Shown: piece after piece, positions 13,095 through 26,200 of the stretch | Layout: the number at the start of each line of letters is the position of its first letter | How positions within the stretch are numbered: the stretch's first letter is position 1 | NCBI GenBank assembly: GCA_002269645.1 | Contig: NIVC01002588.1 | Coordinates: 1 to 44,265 of the forward strand | Source of the DNA: Macrostomum lignano | Lineage: Eukaryota | DNA: 44,265 bases | Direction of reading: 5' to 3' | Notes under the pieces: generated by a model | The model's database searches: none | What the model saw: the letters and a program-made list of their open reading frames with translations, nothing else | What the model was told of the DNA's origin: nothing | Translations under genes and position numbers: made by a program

Positions 13095-14520
13095 ACTGAG
13101 AGGAAAAGGCAGAGAAGAAGGGGAGAGGGTAGGGAGGGATAAATAGGAGGAGAGATAGAGGTGAGAAGAGGGAGAGATGAGATGAAAGAGGAGAGAGTAG
13201 ATAGGATGAAGTAGATAGGATAAAGGATAAAGAGAGGAGATAGAAAAGAGTAGAGATGAGAAAAGATAGGAGAAAGTAGAGAGCAAATAGAAGAGAGTAG
13301 AGATGAGAGAGGAGAGAGTAGAAAGATGAGAGTGGAGAAGGGAGAGATTAGAAAGGGTGGAGATAAGCAAGCAGAGAGAAGAGAGAAGAGATGTTAAAAA
13401 GGATAGTACAGATTAGAGATCAGGGAGAGAGGAGATAGATAGGAAAGATGAGAAATGAGAGCAGAGAAGTAGAAAGAAGTGAGGAGGGAAGTTTTGAGAG
13501 ATAGGAGAGTGAGAAGTAAGAAGAGGGGAGAGTGGAAAGCAGAGAGAAATGAGAAGAGATAAGAGAGCAAGCAAAGATAAAAGAAAAAAATGAGAGACGA
13601 AAGAGTAAAGTTAAGAGAAAAGAGATAAGGTGGTAGAGATGACAGGAAAAATAAGAAATGAGATATGAAAGAGAAAGAGAGGAAAGTGGAGAGAGAAGAG
13701 AAGAGACAAGAGAAGAGAAGAGAGGAGAAAGGAAAGAGAGGAGTCAAAGAATGGAAATAAAAGAGTATAGGGGAAAGACATGAGAGAACATATAAGAGAT
13801 TAAAGTTGACAGAAGAGAGAGGGGAGAACAGAGAACAGAGATGAGAGTAAACAGACAAGAGATAGGAGAGTAGAGAGAACAGAGGACAGAGAAGAGATTA
13901 TGGAGATGAGAGGAGAGAGTAGGGAGAAGAAAAATGTGTAAGAGCAGAGAAGAGATACAAAGGGAGAAAGAAGTGGAGTAAAGAGAGAAGAGGGGAGAGA
14001 ATCAACAACAGGGGAAAGAGGGGAGAAGAAAGAAGAGAATGGAGAGAGGAGAAAGTAGAGAGAAGAAAGATGGGGAGCGGAGAGAGGAGAGAGGAAATAG
14101 GAGAGAAGATATGAGATGAGAGAGAAGAGAAGAGAAGAGAAGAGAGAAAAGAGAGGAAAGGGAAGAGACGAGAGTAGAGGGGAGAGAAGAGAGAGGAGAG
14201 CAGAGAAAATAGTGAGGAGAGAGGAGAGAGGAAAGAACAGGGAAGAGATGAGATGAGAGAAGAGAGAGGCAAGAAAAAAGAGAAATGTGAAGCGATAAGA
14301 GTGCAGAGATAAAAGAAGAGAAAGGAGGGATCAGAGAAAAGACGTGAGAGAAGAGAGGTGGCGGAAGAGACAAAAGAAGAGGGGAGAGAGAAGAGAGGAA
14401 AGAGGAAAGAAGAGATGACAGGAGAGACAAAAGATGAGAGAAAAGAGAGGAAACAGAAGCAAAGATAGAAGTTTCAAAGGATCCGAGGGATGTACATATA
14501 GAGAGAGGCAGAGACAGAGG
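13095..14520. repeat. Long purine-rich (GA/GAA/GAGA) low-complexity tract
   Basis: About 1.4 kb of almost pure A/G on the + strand. It produces spurious L/S/F-rich ORFs on the - strand. Confidence 0.92.
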
Positions 14521-15239
14521 TCAGAGTTTTCCTGACTTTTCCAATACATGTTTTAGATCAACGTTGCCTGATATTCTGCATAGCATCCTAGCCAACAAGA
14601 TCATGCTTGCCTCAAATCTTAATTTTACATGAATTTACTCTATTTTATGTTCATTTCCATCCTAACTATTAACAAGTTTTTGTTTGAGTATGACTTAAAA
14701 TTCTAGAATATGTGCAAAAATAATTCCCGGGATTGGAATTCCACGGGTTCAAGATCCACAGGTTTCAACAGCTTACAAGTGCTTGTATAAAAACTATTGT
14801 TTCTAAAATTAAAATTGCAAAAAAAGAAAAAAATGGGTTTTTCAAACTATTTTTTGGAAAATCCAAAGTGAAAAAAACTGAAAGTAGGGGTGGGCCACAG
14901 GGGGACCTGTGGCTTAATTGCGGGGGGGGGCACAGGGGGGGCCTGTGGCTTAATTGGGGGGCCCAGGCCCCCCCTAGCTAGAACCATAAAGATTGTCATC
15001 TCGTATGTATCTAGTATAGTATGAGTATATACTTGTCATGGAATATGAGTATGAGTGTAGTATATAAATACACTTGGCACAAAGATTGAAGGCACAAAGA
15101 CACAGTCACAAAGAAGAAATTGGGCGCTAAAAGGAGGCAGAGGGGAGAGGGAGTAAAAAATGTCACTTTGCTTTTAACATGAAATTTAATTCTACTTATT
15201 CAGCTTGCCTACCAAAATGGGGAATGTGGCCTAGGCGAC

Positions 15240-15999
15240 TGTACCTGATCAAAAAGCTGCGCACAGAGAGCTCGCTGGTTCGATATTTTGCCCAGTTAAG
15301 CTCTGCTAATTCTTGAAGCTGCTGATACTGCATTTTCTGGTGGTGCGTTAGCAGTTTGCTCGTGCACCAAGGCAGTGTATATTGGCACCAGCTGAGCCTC
15401 CTTGTGCAACAGTTCCATCAGAGGGTAGAGTGTCAGCTGATTTTGCTCCACCCTCTGCTGCATGTGACAGTGCCAGCCTTTAACTTTGTTGTTAGTTCAG
15501 ATAGCCTGGCCAAATACGCTGATTTCTCTTATGCCATGCACTAGATTCTCTAGCCAAGTGCTGCTGACGTATTCAGCCAGGTCGAGCAGTTCGGCAACTG
15601 CACCCTAGCAATAGTCTGGGCCAGGCCTTCTGCCATGTGTTCAGCTGGCAGATACGGCAGCGCCATTAGCATGCGGCAGAACTCCAGAGTGCCAGGATCA
15701 GCCAAGTAGGCTTGCTGGAGGCCCTGCTGCTGCACCTGACAGAAGATTGCTTGGCCATAGTGAAAGAGGCAGCCCTGCAATTTTGCATGGGGAAAAAGAG
15801 TGTGCAGAGACTGCCATACAGCGGCTTCAAAATCCAGAACACAGGCCTCTGGCATGGCTTGACCAGCAACCAGGGTTCTCAGCACATTAAAAATGGCGTT
15901 GTAGTTGTGAATAGACTTGCCTGACATTATAGTGAAGACAAGCAGGACATTTTTTAGGTTCATTCCTTGGCGCAAGTAGCAGTTGATAGAGTACAACAC
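15240..15999 (-). mobile_element. MULE (Mutator-like) transposase remnant, frameshifted
   Basis: ORF 15550-15999 has ...CVLDFEAAVWQSLHTLFPHAKLQGCLFHYGQAIF...FCRMLMALPYLP, with the DFE and GCxFH motifs of the MULE domain. Another frame gives TNNKVKGWH near 15470-15500, a degenerate RTNNxxEGWH. Confidence 0.8.
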
Positions 16000-16851
16000 A
16001 ATGTCTTAAAAAAACAAAATCATGTGCATGTTGGGGGTGATGTGGGAGGGGAGGAGGGGTTTTGTTCTAACTTTGAAAACTTTTGTTTTATAGATGACGA
16101 AGTGTCCACAAGTCTAAGGGTCACTTCGTCATCCACCCTCTGAGATATTGGACAGATCGTCATCTGGATGACAAAGTTATAAGATGACAAAGTATCCAGG
16201 TACTGTTTGTGTTTAGTTTGTGTATTCCCATTAAATGTTGCTACTATATTAAACTTTTTTATTATAACATATATCATGGTGTAGCTCAAAGTAATTGTTA
16301 TTACTATGTTTTATGACTTTCCATTGAAGTCACAGTGTGACAGTGTCATTTTAACATCTTGCTAACTTTCTATCCAAAATCAATATTGTTATTATTATTA
16401 TCATTATTACATTTTGGATTTTGCAAGTCTCATTTGCCTCAATTTTAGGGTCATTTGATAATTTTAAGCAAAGCCAACAGCTAAGCAAATATTTAAAACA
16501 AACCCTTTTAACAATTAAAAAGTTTTAACAAAGTATTCAATACTATTTGATATTTAGTAGTTTATTTAAAAGATTTGTAAAAAAGAAAACAAAAAAACAA
16601 TTTTTGCAAGCAACTTTTTTAAAATAAAAAAAGGAATATATAACTAGATGTATATATATACTGTAAAGTCATATAGATATGACACAACATATGACAATCA
16701 CTTAAAACAAAAAATACAATACAATAGTAGATTTTTAATTTAAAAAAATATAAAACTACATATAGCATGCTAATAAATTATATGTAAATACCATATCCAA
16801 AAAGATCTCTGCGGATTTTTGCTAGAAACAAAATCACTAATTGTCTATGCC

Positions 16852-17145
16852 CATACATGCGCAACCTCCAAAATTCGGTTGGCCATGCAACTTAGTTTTA
16901 ACAAAAATGCAACGTAAATTTTGGCCAAAAATGCGACTTACCAGGTACATGTAATAAAAATGTAAAGCAAAATTAATGCAACTTTGGGTAAACGCAGGAG
17001 TAACTATGACTGTATTATTAGGTCAAAATGCCTCGTCAGCTACTTAGTAATACTACTTTGGTATTTTTCGGGTGGGCATTTTTGCGACTTCCTTGATTGG
17101 CTGCCAAATCAGTCGGCCGACTCGGCCGACTGTTGCGCATGTAAG
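16852..17145. mobile_element. hAT-type MITE (294 bp)
   Basis: TIRs CATACATGCGCAAC / GTTGCGCATGTAAG (13 of 14 match). Perfect 8-bp TSD TCTATGCC at 16844-16851 and 17146-17153. Confidence 0.88.
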
Positions 17146-18599
17146 TCTATGCCTAATTTCAAAGTATAATTAGAGGTTAAAGTGCAAGCTTCTTTTCTTC
17201 TCATTTTAATTTTAAATAGCAGAAATTTCTATGAAAATTGGTTGTAACACTACACCTAAACTATATTTGATTTTCAAATTTAACTGTGGAATTTTAAAAT
17301 TTAAGGTGTAAAGATATACTATGCATAAATAAAAACCCAGACTTACACTAAGTTTACAAACTTTACTATTTTGTATTTTGGTAGTTAGGCTTAGGTTTTT
17401 GTTTTATTATTATTAATAGTTAAGTTCCAACTGTATATCTTAGCTTCAGTATCAATTTAAATTGTATAGCACATTTGTAGTTCTTTTTTGTTATAGTTAT
17501 AATGGTTGTAGTTAGGCCCCTATACTTATTCATGCACTAGCTTATTCTATTACTGCCTGTCTTTTGCTACTTTTCTTAGCCTCTCTATTGTCTATCTAGT
17601 CTATTCTTTTAGATATCTTTCTATTGCCTTTTTGGTTTTCCTTTTCTTTCACCTATTTTTCCTTGAATAAAGACATTTGCTATAGCTCCTTTTGTACTTG
17701 TGCTTCTTTTGCTGTCTAGCACAGTGATTTGGGCTCTCCATCTTCTCAACTAGAAGCTCTTAGTAGCATAGGTAGTGCTACCACCAGTTCCTTTAGGTCT
17801 TGGCCTTAGATGAGGTGAGCTTCCCATTGGAACAAAATAACCAATTCAACAAACTCAGCACAGCATGCAGATTTGAAGATTAATGAACAAGGTGTTCTGG
17901 TCAGCAGATCCTACTGGGCTTAGGGAATGGCTAGGAAGGCAGTGTTAGCCTCCTTTAGGCTTGGGCATCTAATCTTTAGTCAGGCGACAGATAGCTTAAA
18001 TGGGAAACTAGATTAAGACAGAAGACTTAGGGGCTTAGAAAACAATAACAAAGTCTGGCAAACTAGACTAAAAAAGCACAATAAGAAGAAAAATCCTTGA
18101 TAGAACCAAGGGTGAGGGGCGCATATTTATGGCAGGGAGTCCTCGCTATGCCAGTGTGCGCTAGACCTTGTTGTGGTTGTGACTCTGTTCTATTTTTAGA
18201 ACTTATGTCACCCTCTGCCTTAGAGAAGGCAGGGTCTGTGGGTAAAGTGCATAGGGCTGCATGACTCAGTATCTATTTTTAGAAACATGAGTCACCTAAA
18301 TTACCTTAGTAAACATGTTTAATACACTTTAGGACTTTGAGAAAACAAGACTTGTCAAGTGACTTGCTCACATGACAAGGGAAACAGGCCACTAGCGTGA
18401 CCTCAGGACAGGAATGAAATGCAGAGCAGGCCACAGCAGAGAAGCTTGTGGCTATAAGCAAGAGTGCAAAGAAGAGGGGGCACCAGAGAACAGGCAGCAA
18501 AAAGGGAGAGAGGCTGTCCAGCCACAGTCAGCAACCCAGGGCAAGGACGAGGAAAGCTGCTGACAATAATGCAATGCCTAACACCAAACTAGCAGATCA

Positions 18600-19410
18600 C
18601 TGCACTCCTTTCTTTGTTTGATGCCTATAGTATTTGAGCTGATCTCTAAAGATTCTGGTTCTTTTCCTAATACCTTTTCTAACTTTACTCTAAACCTAGA
18701 TGCATTTGTCTTTTTCCTTTTCTATGAAACCTTAAGCATTTTTGTAATATTTAATTTAAAAAATGAATGTCTTTATACTTTTCTTTCCTAGAGTCTAGCT
18801 CTTGCACCTATAGAGCAGTGTCATGTCACCCATGTGACCACCTTTGATCTTGAGGCAAATTTTAAACCAACTTTTTTGAGTTGCCAAAGTTCATCAAGCA
18901 TTATTATTGAGCTGGTTGCAATGCCAATTTTGATTTTACTATGTTCTTCCAATGTCCCATTTTCTATAATGGTTGCCCCTAGATATTTAAACTTAAAGAT
19001 ATTTAATCTATTCTAGTTCTTCTCTATCAATCATAATCCCTGGCTTGATTTTGTTTTTACCATTTCTTATTACTATTGTCTTGCTCTTTTTGTGCTGATT
19101 TCCATGACAAACATTTTTGAAATTCTGTCAAGCTTTGTTGTCATTTCTTTCAATTTTTATTTATCCTTGCCAATCAAATCATTCTTGTAAGCAAAGTTTT
19201 TTATATTCATTCCTCCATAGCTGATTCTAACCTTATCTAGTTCCTTTATGGTTTTTATCATTATCTATTCTAGGAAACAATTGAAAAGAGTAAGTGATAG
19301 GATATATCCTTATCTCATTCACACTTTTCCCTAAACCAGTCACTGCACTGATTGCCTACCATAACCTTGGTCTTAGATTCTTTATACAGTCATTTAATCT
19401 ATGGTTAATC
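18600..19410 (-). mobile_element. Decayed RTE-like LINE reverse transcriptase remnant
   Basis: Minus-strand fragments with stops: GYILSLTLFNCFLE*IM (cf. GCxLSPxLFNIFLE), FAYKNDLI...LDRISKMFVMEIS (cf. FADDIDL...GMEIS), IFKYLGATI (cf. FKYLG). Confidence 0.6.
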
Positions 19411-22400
19411 AAAAAAGTAACTATAAATCTTTAGTTATTGTTGTTATATTTGAGATAGTAATAAGATAATGAACTTATTTTCTAATAGGACTAATAATGA
19501 CAAGTAAGAACTAATTTTAGATTAAATTTAGTATATGGATTATTATTATATTTTATTTTATATAGCTATATGAGCTTATTTAAAAATATTTAGTCCTGCT
19601 ATATGTCTTCCTATACTATGATATTTCTTATCATATTTATACTTGATAAACATAATAATTTCTGCAAATACTTATATACCCAATGCATATGTACATAATA
19701 CTATTTATTGTTCTGTTCTATCACAATATTATTCATTGGTGTCTCCTATCAAATATTGTAATATATAATATTGTGTACATAATCATTGGTTATATTTTTA
19801 GAAAGAATTGTTCAATTAAACTCAATTAGATTAAGGTGTGTACCATAATATTGTCCAGTTATATATTGCCCCACTTTTTTTGATAGCAAAAGTTAGACAC
19901 TTCACTCTTGAATTATATTGGGTATATCACTAGTACTGTATTGTATTCTATATTTTGAACCCAAAAAAGAATTATTTGTCTTTAACACATAAAATCAATA
20001 GTAGTCTATGCTTATAGTCCCCACCTTCCATTTTTTTAGATTCTTCTGTGTCATTTACTATAGGTAGATCTTATGGTTCTAGCTTTATAGAATGCTCAGT
20101 AATGCAGGCTAGCTTATAAAAAGGCCCTATAGTGTTGAAGAATTCAAATCATTCATTTGAAAAATTAAGTTAAAATTAGAATTTTATATTAATTTTTTCT
20201 ATATACAATTGCATATGTCCTATGCCTAAAAACCATTAAAATGGCATGGCTTAGTTCATTGGTTTTATGAATCAATTTTATCATTCTTATAGCTGACTGT
20301 GTAATAATATGTGTAATGGAGATGCTAAAATAGATTTATAAAACCAGAGCAAGCTGTGCCATGCATTTTCAGGTATAGGAAATGTATATATAATAAAAAG
20401 TTAATAAAGAATCATAATTTTCTAAACAAAAAGCTTTATAAATATCAATAGAGCTACAAGAAAGGCACAACAGATCAAAAGCTGAACATTGGGTCTGCCT
20501 GCTATCAAAATCAATAAAATTTTTTGTGATAGACAAATGAAAACTTTCTATCTATATTGTGTATTTTTGGTTGAAACCAGTCTCCTTAACATTTTCTAAG
20601 AAAAATAGTTTCCCATCTTTCTACTTGAGTAGTCCTTGGTTTTATCATCTAGATACAAACAATTTTAAAGGTAATTCTATGTACATTCTAATTTCTTATT
20701 TATCCTGGATAAGTGAAATGGCCACTGGCCAAGTAAAGTTGCAAAATCAAAAATGCAAAAAAAAAACAAAAAATTGGGGGAAGAAAGTAAATAGAGGAAG
20801 AGAAAAGGAAAAGAAAGGAGGGAGAAGAAAGAGAGGCAAAGAGAAGAGAGAAAGAGAAAGAGAAGAAATGAGAAAAAGGCAAGAAAAGTAATATACAAAG
20901 TGAAAATTAAGTCGCAATCAGGGGAACTCAGTTGCAATCAAGAGGAACTAAGTCGCAAATCTGGACAAAACTAAGTCGCACTGGATGGGTGAAATTTTGA
21001 GGTTGGGCATGTATGTCAATATTAATATATAGAAGCCTTTGTGAAATAAATCAGCAAGTTTTTTTCAGTTTGTTACTTTTAATTTTTGTGTCAATCAATT
21101 TCATATATTCTTTCTCTTCTGACCTTTTGTTCTAAAATATTTTTCCTATTCTATAATTACTTTTTTCTGAAAAAAGTACAAAGCTTTTATGATCTTGCCT
21201 TTCAAACAGCTGTAATTCGTCTCAATACTACTACTACAAGTAGTCTGTTGGAACTTTTATAACCTACATTGTAATAGTTTTTAGTATTTAGTAGGCAAAA
21301 ATAAAATAGTGATTAAAATACAAGAAATCTGCATTGGTTCGAGTACCAGCGTTTTTATCTTGAAAGCAATAGGAATCTGCTTCATACTTTGTTAGGTCAT
21401 TTTTGTTTAAGCTCCATTGGCACAGTGCGCTTTGCCAATACATCGGCCTTTAACAATTGGCTTCTTCCAACCAACTGAGATAAAGCATCGCTTGCTTCTC
21501 TTCAACTCCATTCCATTCCCGTCTTTCCTTGACTGATCGATTGGTTTGGCCTGCTGCAGTATTAATCGGCGATTCCAGGATCTGTACAGTTTATACCCTG
21601 TTTGCTAGTAGGTACTAAGTGGCCTGGGCGCATTCTTTCTTCGTCCAGTTTCTTCCAGGTCATTCCGACAGACGTCCCGTCTGCAACTGCTTTATGGCCG
21701 TCGCGCCATTACTGTCTGCCGTTATGCAATGCGTGTGCACCATTTTTGCCACCACCTGGGGCTGATGATCTATGCGTGTACCTCCTGGGTTACAGACGGC
21801 TCTGCGCGTCTACTTTGCAACTTGTTAAAAAATAAAATTCTTGAAGGACAAACTGGTGTATGAGAATGAGCATCACCACGTGTAGAAGCTTCCTGATATA
21901 TATTGCTGTACGAGTATTTGTGACGGGCGTTAGAATACTATATGGCATTTTCGTTATATAACAGCATACTAATATCATACTAGTAGCACTGACACCAACT
22001 TAGCGGTTACAGCACCATAACATTTAGGCCAAAGTGGGCGTTGAAGCATCGTGAGTTAACGATTCTCCAATCAAACCTTCTGAAACTCTCAAATCAAATC
22101 TCTTTGAATATCAAAGCAGAAAAATTTCGCTTCAGATCTGAGCTTCAAAGCTTTGTAGTTTAGTCTCTTTCTGCTTGCTAAGTAAGGGTTTGCGCCAATA
22201 TCGCCAGTCCGCAAGACTCCATCCATCCAGCCTGGGCGGTCTTTTGTAGACAAAGAAAACATAGTTCGCATTGCAGCTGCAGATCAGCTGCTTCCTTCAA
22301 TAAAAAATCCCCTCCCCCAGTCCATCCTGGCGGCAGATGATGCGCGCGAGCTGCTAAGTATTTGAAAGACAAATAAAATTCAAGAATCTCTTCTTTAGAA

Positions 22401-23223
22401 TTTCGTCGGGTCTAGAGTGGGACGGAAGTAAGTAGACTTTGGTATATAAGTAGTATACATGTGTATAATAATAGATGGAAAAGGCGAAGGTTCGGTGCCG
22501 CTGCGCTGCATCCCTCTGGAATCTATTGATTTTTCCTCTCTCTCTCTCTCTCGTTGCTTTCCATACGTGGCTCGGACTGTCTGCTAGGCTAGTGCTGGAC
22601 CAGACCAGCTGCGTTCACTGCTATTGGATGCCCGCTGGTTCTGTTGGATTCTGCAGATCTGCAGATCTCGGATGCGGTAGCTGCAGACCATCCGAATGGG
22701 GAGGGGGATGAGGGACAGCTGGCTCGAAGTAAAGAGAGGCTGGCCGAGGTTGGACGGCTGAGGGAAGGGTACCAGTCAAGCGGAGGGCGGGTAGACAGAC
22801 AGGGTTCCAGGTTTGTTGCATTCCTATATTTCCCAGCCAGGTTCTTTGCCCCCCCTCGTCCTCGATCTCCCATGTAGCTTTTACACTTTCCCGAATTCAA
22901 TTCTCCTAAAAAATTTTTGGTCCTCCCATCCGTTCGGTTTCTGTGGCACTTTTCTTTTCTTCTCCGAGGCTTTGCAACGGGAGGAGTCGCGGCTATAAGC
23001 AATTTCTGAGCTAAACTGCCCATTATATAACAATACATACAAATTTTAATATTAAGCACCTTTTTGTTTCGGCTTCAGCCACGCGGCAGTGCGTAAAGTC
23101 TCAATTCATTTGTGAATAAAAAATCCGTTCCCCGTTGGTTTGATTTGTCCGGTTTTGAAAAGCATTTTTAACGCACAATCTCTGTATAAAAGTTGAAACA
23201 AATCAATTCTAAGCTGCACAAAT

Positions 23224-26200
23224 ATGACCAGTTCACCGCAGCAAGCTCAACAAGTGCCAAATAATTTGGCCGCCACTACGCCTATTGGCGATGGCGACCC
23301 AACAGACGTGACTGGTGAGTTTCTTAAAGAATAAGACATTTAAAGCAACCAAGCATCAGCACTGAAAGCAACTCCCCCCTTTAGCATTGGCATCTCAGCA
23401 ATTCCCCCCTTTAGCATTGGCAGCATCTCAGCAATTCCCCCCTTTAGCATTGGCAGCATCTCAGCAATTCCCCCTTTAGCATTGGCAGCATCTCAGCAAT
23501 TCCCCCCTTTAGCATTGGCAGCATCTAAGCAATTCCCCCCTTTAGCATTGGCAGCATCTCAGCAATTCCCCCTTTAGCATTGGCAGCATCTCAGCAATTC
23601 CCCCCTTTAGCATTGGCAGCATCTCAGCAATTCCCCCTTTAGCATTGGAATCTCAGTATCTCAGCAATTCCCCCCCCCTTTAGCATTGGCATCTCAGCAA
23701 TTCCCCCCCTCCCTTAGCAATGGCATCTCAATATCTCAACAATTCCCCCGTATGAGCAACAAGTGCATGATATGCCAACAGGCACCCGTGAAACACAATA
23801 CCTACCAAACTCGTACATTATAGAAGCGTACATCTTTGACGATGATTGTTACGTACCAGCTTGCACGTGACGTCATTATGAGGGTTGGTTCTTTGGTTGA
23901 AGTTATCTATTTATTGCCGCAAGCACTACGGCAGGGCGGACTAGCGACAGGTCCGTGTGCATGCTTAGCTAACTAGACAGACTGAAGAATTCTGTTCTAA
24001 CGAGAGTAGAGTTAAGACTGAAGCTAAAGGAATTCCAGCTTTGGGCCGCCATCTCTCGCGCTAACAAAGTTTCCTTCAGTTTTCTTTCGTAACTAGTCAT
24101 TATTTTCTTTTTTATCACCGGCTTATCTGCCTCAAAAGATAAATAAGTTTTGTTTTAAAAAAGGAAACGTTTTGTTTCTAGCTATGGGGCTCTGCCAAGC
24201 TAATTAACCTTTTTTTTAAAGTTTATGCTGTGTTGCTGAAAAATCAGTTTATATGCAACATGTCCAATTGCGCTACTGTCAGTAGTTCTATATTTATCTA
24301 TAATAATTGCATTTCGTTCATTCCAGACGCCCAGTCGTGCCTGTCCTACTTGAAGTCGCGCGAGGTTTTCCTCTACAAAATGATGGGCGACCCGGCGCAC
24401 CGGTCTATGCTCTATTTTCTTGAGGTGCTCATGAATGTCGACTCGCCCGACGGCGTCCGCCTGACGTCGCTGTCGCAGCATTTCCACAGCCGGCACTTCA
24501 CCCAAGACATGCGAGAGGCCGTGGCCTCGGCCGGCGGGCTCAAGCCCTTCCTGCAGAAATATCCGTCGCTGTTTCGAGTGAACGGCGAGTCCGTCTCTGC
24601 CGTTAGTCTGGACGGCGCACTCTCGCAGATCAGCGGCGATACCGCGGCGACAGCGGCCTCGTCGTCTTCGTCGAGTTCGACGATGGCTGCCGCGGCTGCT
24701 CAAGCGGCAGCTGCGGCGGCGGCGGCTTCATCATCTGGCAGCGGCCGCTCGCAGCATCACAACGGCGGCCGGCGCGACTCCATCGGTTCGAACAACTCGG
24801 CCAGGTCCGGCTCCGACGCGGCCGCCGCTTTGCACTCGGTTAGCGGCGATCCGAACGACTTCGCCCGCGAGACTGAGGCGGTCCGGTTCTTTCAGACCCG
24901 GCTTAGCCGGCGCGAGGACCGCTGGGTGCCAATTAAAAGCTTAGCCGGGCATCTCAGCCAGGCGCCGCCAGAGATTCGAGCCGTGGTGGGACCGCAGGCC
25001 GAGTTTGCCAGGTTTCTGGCCAGGCATCGGCACGTGTTCGAATTGCAAGGCGAGCTAGTTGGCTTGCGGGACACGTTTGCTGCGCACTGCCTGAGCGGCG
25101 GCGGCGGGGGCGGCAGCGGGGGCGGCGGCTCCTCGCAGCGGCACCAGCAGCAGCAGTTGCAGTCGAGGAATCGCGGCAGCGGCAACCTCGGCGGCGGCCT
25201 GCATCACTCGCAGTCGGCTCGAATGGCCCGGCCTAAGAGTCTCGTTATGCCAAGCTGCTCTGGCGATCAGCGTAGCTCAGGTGAGGCATCCTTTAGTAGC
25301 TATTCTCGGTCTCATAGATCAGAATATGGATCTCCTAGATCCGATTCTAGACCTACTAGATCCGATCCTAGACCTGCTGGATCCGATCCTAGACCTGCTG
25401 GATCCGATTCTAGACCTACTAGATCCGATTCTAGACCTACTAGATCCGATTCTAGACCTACTAGATCCGATTCTAGACCTACTAGATCCGATTCTAGACC
25501 TACTAGATCCGATTCTAGACCTACTAGATCCGATTCTAGACCTACTAGATCCGATTCTAGACCTACTAGATCCGATTCTAGACCTACTAGATCCGATTCA
25601 GACCTACTAGATCCGATTCAGACCTACTAGATCCGATTCTAGACCTACTAGATCCGATTCTAGATCTACTAGATCCGATTCTAGACCTACTAGATCCGAT
25701 TCTAGACCTACTAGATCCGATTCTAGACCTACTAGATCCGATCCTAGACCTACTAGATCCGATCCTAGACCTACTAGATCCGATCCTAGGTCTACTAGAT
25801 CCGATCCCCATTTCGTCTGTCAGAGCACTGCTATCAATACAGTTTAACACTGTCCCGATTGTCCAACCCGCAGGCAAGTCGCTGCCAACAACGCCAACAT
25901 CAACAGCTGGCCCTGGCGGCAGCAGCGGCGGCGGCCTCTCCAGCAGCATCAGTGGCGGCGCCGGGCCAGTCAGCATGACGGCGGCCGAATACAAAACTGT
26001 CATGTTTCTGCGCAAAGTGCTCGAACGAAAGGGTGGCTTATTGTCCATACCGCAGCTGTTCTCCGTATTGTCTAGGTAATTCGGCTATTTTATAACTCTT
26101 TGTTTAGTGTAATAGATGGGCTTGCCGCTGGAGTTTACATTAGACTAGTTTACAGTAGAAATCAAATGTCTACATATATATACAGTGCTACGGATGCCAT

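Noticed and set aside
13062-14549. L/S/F-rich 'membrane protein' ORFs
   Set aside because: Artefacts of the GA-rich tract read on the minus strand.
25281-25630. RS-like domain (RSDSRPT)n continuing the Egl-like ORF
   Set aside because: It is read-through into a 21-bp intronic minisatellite after a good donor (TCAG|GTGAGG at 25281). The phase-matched exon at 25874 continues the third repeat. It would matter only if intron retention were shown.
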